Assembly: GCA_003724185.1 (NCBI GenBank)
Contig: RHGM01000004.1
Location: 59,466 to 123,465 of the forward strand
Length of the DNA stretch: 64,000 nucleotides
DNA from: Porphyrobacter sp. IPPAS B-1204
GTDB taxonomy: Bacteria > Pseudomonadota > Alphaproteobacteria > Sphingomonadales > Sphingomonadaceae
Direction: 5' to 3'
The position numbers and the translations under genes are program-made. The notes below the pieces were generated by a model. The model was not told the origin of the DNA, made no database searches, and worked only from the letters and a program-made list of their open reading frames with translations. Positions 58,871-64,000 of the stretch are shown piece after piece; positions within the stretch are counted from its first letter, which is position 1; the number at the start of each line of letters is the position of its first letter.

Positions 58871-58899
58871 TGGACGAAACGCGCACAAATGCCTATCTG
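58871..58899 (+). promoter_or_regulatory. putative sigma70 promoter for the uORF-secA transcript
   Basis: TGGACG-N17-TATCTG; the same -10 hexamer and spacing occur at the tRNA-Arg promoter; ATG follows 8 nt later. Confidence 0.5.
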
Positions 58900-58907
58900 G
58901 GCCGACG

Positions 58908-59183
58908 ATGACCCGGCACTTTCTCGCCTTTCTGGCCCTGCTTTCCGGCCTTGCTGCGTTTGGCAGCCCGGCGCAGGCGTCGCTGGTCGATGCCTTTGCT
59001 TGCGGGTCGAGCATTGCTGCCGCCGCCGGAAACGAGGCTGCGGTTGCCGAGCATGTGGCGGTGCAAGCCGTGCCTGCAACCGTGCAGGAAAGCCGCCAGA
59101 TCGAAGCGCCTGCAAGCCGCCCGGCCACGCCGCAATCGCTGCGCCTGCCGGTGCTGATGGGGATCGAACGCGCCTACGAATAG
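58908..59183 (+). CDS. 91-aa exported peptide upstream of secA (candidate secretion-monitor leader)
   Basis: Signal peptide MTRHFLAFLALLSGLAAFGSPAQA|S, a low-complexity Ala/Pro spacer and C-terminal PVLMGIERAYE. Confidence 0.7.
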   Translation: MTRHFLAFLALLSGLAAFGSPAQASLVDAFACGSSIAAAAGNEAAVAEHVAVQAVPATVQESRQIEAPASRPATPQSLRLPVLMGIERAYE

Positions 59184-59309
59184 GCAGTGCGTGACCGTTC
59201 TCCCCGTGCTTTTCCGCGCGCCGATCCTTGATGAGGACAGCGCGCAACCCACCCAAACAGATTGCGCGCTCCGCTCGCCGGGCTGCCGCCGAATCAAAGG
59301 TTTACACCC

Positions 59310-62072
59310 ATGTTCGATACGCTTCTCAAGTCGGTGTTCGGTTCCTCGAACGACCGTTACATCAAGTCGGCACGCAAGACCGTAGACCAGATCAACGCGC
59401 TGGAGCCGCAAATCCAGGCGCTTACCGATGCCGAGCTTCAGGGCCAGACTGCCAAGCTGCGCGGATTGATTGATGGCGGGGCGAGCCTTGACGATATCCT
59501 GCCCGAAGCTTTCGCCACCGTGCGCGAGGCTTCGGTGCGCGTGTTCGGGATGCGGCACTTCGATGTGCAGTTGATCGGCGGCCTCGTGCTCCACCGCGGC
59601 GAGATCGCGGAAATGCGCACGGGTGAGGGCAAGACCCTGATGGCGACGCTGGCCGTGTATCTCAATGCGCTTGAAGGCAAGGGCGTCCACGTTGTCACGG
59701 TCAACGATTACCTTGCCCGGCGCGACGCGGCGGAGATGGGCAAGCTGTACAACTGGCTGGGCCTGACCGTTGGCGTGATCGTCCCCGGTATGCCGGAAGA
59801 GTACAAGCGCGATGCCTACAACGCCGACATCACCTACGGCACCAACAATGAATTCGGCTTCGATTACCTGCGCGACAACATGAAGCACGAGCGCGCCCAG
59901 ATGGCGCAGCGCCCCTTCAATTTTGCCATCGTCGACGAAGTGGATTCGATCCTGATCGACGAGGCGCGCACCCCGCTGATCATCTCTGGCCCGACCGAGG
60001 ACAAGTCGGAACTGTACGTCCAGCTTGATCAGGTCGCGCGCGAGATTCCGCTCGAATGGCTCGACATCGATGAAAAGGTGAAGCGCGTCCAGCTGACCGA
60101 AGAGGGTATGGAAGAGGTCGAAAAGCTGCTGATCGAAAAGGAGCTGCTAGCCACCGACAACCTGTTCGATGTCGAAAACACGCAGGTCGTCCACCACCTC
60201 GATCAGGCGCTGGTCGCCAACTTCGCCCGCAAGCGCGACACCGATTACATCGTCAATGATGGCAAGGTCATCATCATCGACGAATTCACCGGTCGCATGA
60301 TGGATGGCCGCCGCTGGTCGAACGGGCTGCATCAGGCGGTTGAGGCCAAGGAAGGCGTGCGGATCGAGCCGGAGAACCAGACGCTCGCCTCGATCACCTT
60401 CCAGAACTATTTTCGCATGTATCCCAAGCTGTCCGGCATGACCGGGACGGCCGCGACCGAAGCGGCGGAATTCTGGGACATCTACAAGGTGGGCGTGGTC
60501 GAAATTCCCACCAACCTGCCCGTCGCCCGGATCGACGAGGAAGACGAGTTCTACAAGAACACCGCCGACAAGTTCGGCGCGATTGCCAAGTCGATCAAGG
60601 AAAAGCAGCAGATCGGCCAGCCGGTGCTGGTTGGCACGGTGTCGATCGAAAAGTCCGAACTGCTGAGTGAATATCTCGACAAGGAAGGCGTGACGCACTC
60701 GGTGCTCAATGCCCGCTTCCACGAACAGGAAGCCCGGATCGTGGCGCAGGCGGGCCGTTATGGTGCGGTGACGATTGCCACCAACATGGCGGGCCGCGGG
60801 ACTGACATCCAGCTGGGCGGCAACATCGAATACCGCATCCTCGATGAACTCGGCGATATGCCGGATGGCCCCGAACGCGATGAAGCCGTGGCGCGGATCA
60901 AGGCTGAAGTCGCTGCGGAAAAGGAACGCGTGAAGGCCGCAGGTGGCCTGTTCGTGCTTGGCACCGAACGGCATGAATCCCGCCGCATCGACAACCAGCT
61001 GCGCGGCCGTTCGGGCCGTCAGGGCGATCCGGGCCTGTCGCGCTTCTACCTGTGCCTTGAAGACGACCTGCTGCGCATCTTCGGCCCCGACACGCTGTTT
61101 TCGAAGATGATGAACTCCAACCTCGCCGATGGTGAGGCGATTGGTTCCAAGTGGCTGTCCAAGGCGATCGAGACCGCGCAGAAAAAGGTCGAAGCGCGCA
61201 ATTACGACATGCGCAAGCAGGTCGTGCAATATGATGACGTGATGAACGACCAGCGCAAGGTGGTCTATGAACAGCGCTCCGAAATCATGGATTCCGAGGC
61301 CGTGGACGATGTGGTGCTGGATATGCGGCACGACACGATCAACGCCATCGTCGGCACCGCCTGCCCTCCGGGTTCTTATCCCGAACAGTGGGACGTTGCC
61401 GGGCTGAAGGCCCGCGCCGAGGAAGTGCTGGGCTTCAACCCGCCGATCGACGATTGGCTCGCGGAAGACGAGGTCGAACCTGAACTGATCGAGGAACGCC
61501 TGCGCGAACTGACCGATGCCATGATGGACGAAAAGATCGCTGCCTCCGATCCGGCGATCTGGCGCGTCGTCGAAAAGGACGTGCTGCTGCGCCAGCTCGA
61601 TCACCACTGGAAGGAACACCTCGCCACGCTGGACGCGCTGCGTCAGGTGATCTGGATGCGGGGCATCGCCCAGAAGCAGCCGATCAACGAATACAAGCAG
61701 GAAGCCTTTGCCCTGTTCGAAACGATGCTGGAAACCCTTCGCGAGGAAGTGACCAAGATCCTGTTCCGCTCCGAACTGCGCTTTGAACAGCCGCAGCCGC
61801 AGGCGCTGCCCGATCTGCCCGACTTCCTCACCGGCCATATCGATCCCTTTACGGGGATGGACAATTCGGCCGATGGCGACGGGTCGGAACTGCGCCCTGA
61901 GCTGTTCGGCTCGCTGGCTGGCAGCCCGCGCGCGGCCTTCGGTCCGGGCGGGGCGAACCCCGACAACCCCTACGCCAACCTCGACATCAGCCGCAACGCG
62001 CCGTGCCCGTGCGGGAGCGGGAGCAAGTACAAGCATTGCCACGGCGCGGTGGGCGCAGGCGCGATTGTCTGA
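59310..62072 (+). CDS. secA: preprotein translocase ATPase SecA
   Basis: [55 protein letters not shown] and C-terminal SEC-C motif [13 protein letters not shown]; ATG at 59310. Confidence 0.97.
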   Translation: MFDTLLKSVFGSSNDRYIKSARKTVDQINALEPQIQALTDAELQGQTAKLRGLIDGGASLDDILPEAFATVREASVRVFGMRHFDVQLIGGLVLHRGEIAEMRTGEGKTLMATLAVYLNALEGKGVHVVTVNDYLARRDAAEMGKLYNWLGLTVGVIVPGMPEEYKRDAYNADITYGTNNEFGFDYLRDNMKHERAQMAQRPFNFAIVDEVDSILIDEARTPLIISGPTEDKSELYVQLDQVAREIPLEWLDIDEKVKRVQLTEEGMEEVEKLLIEKELLATDNLFDVENTQVVHHLDQALVANFARKRDTDYIVNDGKVIIIDEFTGRMMDGRRWSNGLHQAVEAKEGVRIEPENQTLASITFQNYFRMYPKLSGMTGTAATEAAEFWDIYKVGVVEIPTNLPVARIDEEDEFYKNTADKFGAIAKSIKEKQQIGQPVLVGTVSIEKSELLSEYLDKEGVTHSVLNARFHEQEARIVAQAGRYGAVTIATNMAGRGTDIQLGGNIEYRILDELGDMPDGPERDEAVARIKAEVAAEKERVKAAGGLFVLGTERHESRRIDNQLRGRSGRQGDPGLSRFYLCLEDDLLRIFGPDTLFSKMMNSNLADGEAIGSKWLSKAIETAQKKVEARNYDMRKQVVQYDDVMNDQRKVVYEQRSEIMDSEAVDDVVLDMRHDTINAIVGTACPPGSYPEQWDVAGLKARAEEVLGFNPPIDDWLAEDEVEPELIEERLRELTDAMMDEKIAASDPAIWRVVEKDVLLRQLDHHWKEHLATLDALRQVIWMRGIAQKQPINEYKQEAFALFETMLETLREEVTKILFRSELRFEQPQPQALPDLPDFLTGHIDPFTGMDNSADGDGSELRPELFGSLAGSPRAAFGPGGANPDNPYANLDISRNAPCPCGSGSKYKHCHGAVGAGAIV

Positions 62073-62100
62073 CCCTTTGCGCGGGGCCTAGGCGAGAGCG

Positions 62101-62859
62101 GTGATGATCGGAGCGGTTCCGGCGCTGCTGGCGCTGGCCTTTCTGGTCACCGCGCTGCTCTATGCCAGCGTCGGTTTTGGCGGCGGATCGACCTATGCGG
62201 CGTTGCTGGCGTTGTCGGGGCTCGATTACCGGCTGCTGCCATTGGTGGCGTTGGCCTGCAATATCGTGGTCGTGGCAGGCGGCAGTTTTCGCTTTGCGCG
62301 TGCCGGCCTCACCCCGTGGCGGCGCGCAGCGGTGATCGTTGCCGTGGGCGCCCCGCTGAGCTTCCTCGGCGGGCTGACCCCGATCAGGGAGGCGACCTTC
62401 CTGACGCTGCTGGGCGGCAGTCTGGTGCTGACGGCGCTGACCATGTTGATCCCGGTGGGTGAAGGCGGGGAGGGCGGTCCGACGCGCCTCGCCCGATGGA
62501 TGCCGCTGACCGCCGCACCGCTGGGCTATCTTGCCGGGCTGGTGGGGATTGGCGGGGGCATTTTCCTTGCCCCGCTGCTGCATCTGGTGCGCTGGCACCA
62601 GCCCCGCGCAATTGCCGCAACCGCGAGCCTGTTCATTCTGGTCAATTCGCTGTTCGGGCTGGCGGGCCAATTGCTCAAGAACGGCCCCGGCCTGTTCGGC
62701 CAAGCGCTGGGCGCGGCCCTGCCGCTGTTGCTGGCGGTGGTGATCGGCGGCCAGATCGGCAGCCTGCTTGCTGCGCGCTTGCTCCCGCCAAAGTGGATCA
62801 GGTGGCTGACAGCGCTGCTGGTTCTGGTGGTTGGCGTGCGGTTGCTGGCGGGGGTGTGA
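62101..62859 (+). CDS. TSUP (TauE/SafE) family transporter
   Basis: YASVGFGGGS.Y and duplicated GLVGIGGGIFL.P motif; multiple TM helices. Confidence 0.88.
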   Translation: MMIGAVPALLALAFLVTALLYASVGFGGGSTYAALLALSGLDYRLLPLVALACNIVVVAGGSFRFARAGLTPWRRAAVIVAVGAPLSFLGGLTPIREATFLTLLGGSLVLTALTMLIPVGEGGEGGPTRLARWMPLTAAPLGYLAGLVGIGGGIFLAPLLHLVRWHQPRAIAATASLFILVNSLFGLAGQLLKNGPGLFGQALGAALPLLLAVVIGGQIGSLLAARLLPPKWIRWLTALLVLVVGVRLLAGV

Positions 62860-62935
62860 GCGTGCGGGGCGCATTGCGGCGCCTGCGTGATTGCCAGATA
62901 GGGTAAGCAGCGAAGCCTAACGAGCCCTGCGCGGC

Positions 62936-63098
62936 TGCGCACACAGGCCCTGATGATAGCCTCGACAGTGCAGAAGGCCCGACCGCAACCGTCGCCCATC
63001 GCAACGGTTAGCCGGACGGTGACCGACCGGCGAAGGCACAATTGCTGCGGGAAGAGATCCGGCAGCCTTAAGCCTTTCGGCTGTCGAACCTGTGCGCA
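62936..63098. other. candidate structured non-coding element (long closing stem plus three hairpins)
   Basis: Six properly nested helices identified by eye (see findings); no RNA family recognised. Confidence 0.35.
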
Positions 63099-63148
63099 CG
63101 GCTCTGTCCTGGCGAGGAGAGCCTTCGTCTGCAGCCCTCCAACTATGC

Positions 63149-63177
63149 TTAACCGAACGTTATCAATTCGACCTTAA
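63149..63177. promoter_or_regulatory. two overlapping CtrA-like boxes
   Basis: TTAA-N7-TTAT (63149-63163) and TCAA-N7-TTAA (63163-63177), each one mismatch from consensus, ~50 nt upstream of the next ATG. Confidence 0.5.
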
Positions 63178-63224
63178 GTACTGCGTTCATGCCCTAATTC
63201 GTCCAGTCAGGAATGTCTTAGCCC

Positions 63225-64000
63225 ATGTCAGTCAACAACACCGCACCCGTCAGGCCCAATGCTTTTGGCCTGGGCAACATCAGCATGCTTGCGCTGCCCG
63301 TCTATACGGTCACCATCTTTTTGTCGGCGTTCCTGCTGTTTGGCGTGCAGCCGATGTTCACCAAGATGGTGATGCCGGTCCTGGGCGGCACCCCTGCGGT
63401 GTGGTCGGTGGCTATGGTGTTCTTCCAGACGGTTTTGCTGCTGGGATATGCTTATGCCCACGGGCTGACCCGCTGGCTTGATCCGCGCATGGCGGCCGGG
63501 CTCCATCTGGCCGTGATGTTGATCGCTATGGCATTTGGTTTGCCGATCGCCTTTGGCAGCCAATGGGGCGCGCCTCCGGAAGAGGGCCATGCGCTCTGGC
63601 TGATCGGTGTCTTCACCGTGTCGGTGGGTCTGCCGTTCTTTGCCGTTTCGGCGAATGGTCCGCTTTTGCAGGCATGGTTTGCGCGCACGGGCCACCCGCA
63701 TGCCAATGATCCCTACTTTCTGTACGGGGCATCGAATATCGGGTCGCTGCTGGCGCTGCTCGCCTATCCTTTCGTGATCGAGCACATGTTCACGCTCGAC
63801 CGCCAGTCCGCGCTCTGGAGCGCCGGGTTCTTCGCGCTGTTCGTTGCCATCGCGGCAAGCGCGGTGTTTCTGCGACCCGGCATCACGGCTGGCAGCACCG
63901 ATGCCAATGCGGCACCTGCCGAAACCGAAGAGAACAGGGCACCGATCACGCTGAAGGACAGGCTGGAGTGGATCGGCCTGTCACTGGTGCCTTCGGCGCT
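63225..64000 (+). CDS. fused MFS/spermidine-synthase-like membrane protein (N-terminal part; runs off the window end)
   Basis: Manual translation: ...TIFLSAFLLFGVQPMFTKMVMPVLGGTPAVWSVAMVFFQ..LLLGYAYAH...GLPFFAVSANGPLLQAWF...DPYFLYGASNIGS. Confidence 0.85.
   Translation, partial: MSVNNTAPVRPNAFGLGNISMLALPVYTVTIFLSAFLLFGVQPMFTKMVMPVLGGTPAVWSVAMVFFQTVLLLGYAYAHGLTRWLDPRMAAGLHLAVMLIAMAFGLPIAFGSQWGAPPEEGHALWLIGVFTVSVGLPFFAVSANGPLLQAWFARTGHPHANDPYFLYGASNIGSLLALLAYPFVIEHMFTLDRQSALWSAGFFALFVAIAASAVFLRPGITAGSTDANAAPAETEENRAPITLKDRLEWIGLSLVPSA

Noticed and set aside
62975-63075. Cobalamin or glycine riboswitch within the structured spacer (CCGCAACCGT, GGGAAG, CGAAGGCACAA)
   Set aside because: Only short fragments resemble the consensus. 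The GGGAA...GGTG..AATCC core, the B12 box and the CTCAGG element are absent.
62953-63177. 74-aa ORF from the track
   Set aside because: It has no RBS or family motif, its composition is atypical, and it overlaps the putative promoter boxes of the next gene.

Overview
A GC-rich alphaproteobacterial chromosomal window, most likely Sphingomonadales (Erythrobacter/Porphyrobacter-like), judged from gene content and synteny. It is mostly core genome. In order: hemA(partial)-murI; plsY-dprA-topA; an orphan CheY-like regulator; era-rnc-lepB; pgi; a DEAD-box helicase; gor; a propionyl-CoA/methylmalonyl-CoA operon (pccB-mce-ech-scpA-bioB-pccA) interrupted by many small accessory genes; aroB-aroK; xerD-accA; an M48/LysM protease; three Flp pilins; tRNA-Arg(ACG); folE; cytochrome c'/b; ahcY-divL-tsaE-amgK-murU-addB-addA-trxA; argJ; secA; and the start of an MFS/spermidine-synthase-like gene. 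I found no prophage, IS transposase or CRISPR array. The best candidate for an undescribed system is a 91-aa signal-peptide ORF directly upstream of secA that ends in PVLMGIERAYE-stop. It is probably near-leaderless, and its 3' end can base-pair with the secA leader, which is the layout of a SecM-like secretion monitor but with a non-canonical arrest motif. Other notable signals: a 33-aa membrane ORF missed by the ORF track and overlapping both pccB and mce; a DUF4160/DUF2442 toxin-antitoxin-like pair inside the same operon; a CheY carrying an unknown N-terminal domain with a GPNRR motif; a tandem pilin duplication with CtrA-like boxes; a perfect parS between rnc and era; a SahR-like operator at ahcY; and a multi-helix structured element after the TSUP gene. 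Family assignments come from motif recognition by eye; no database search was run.
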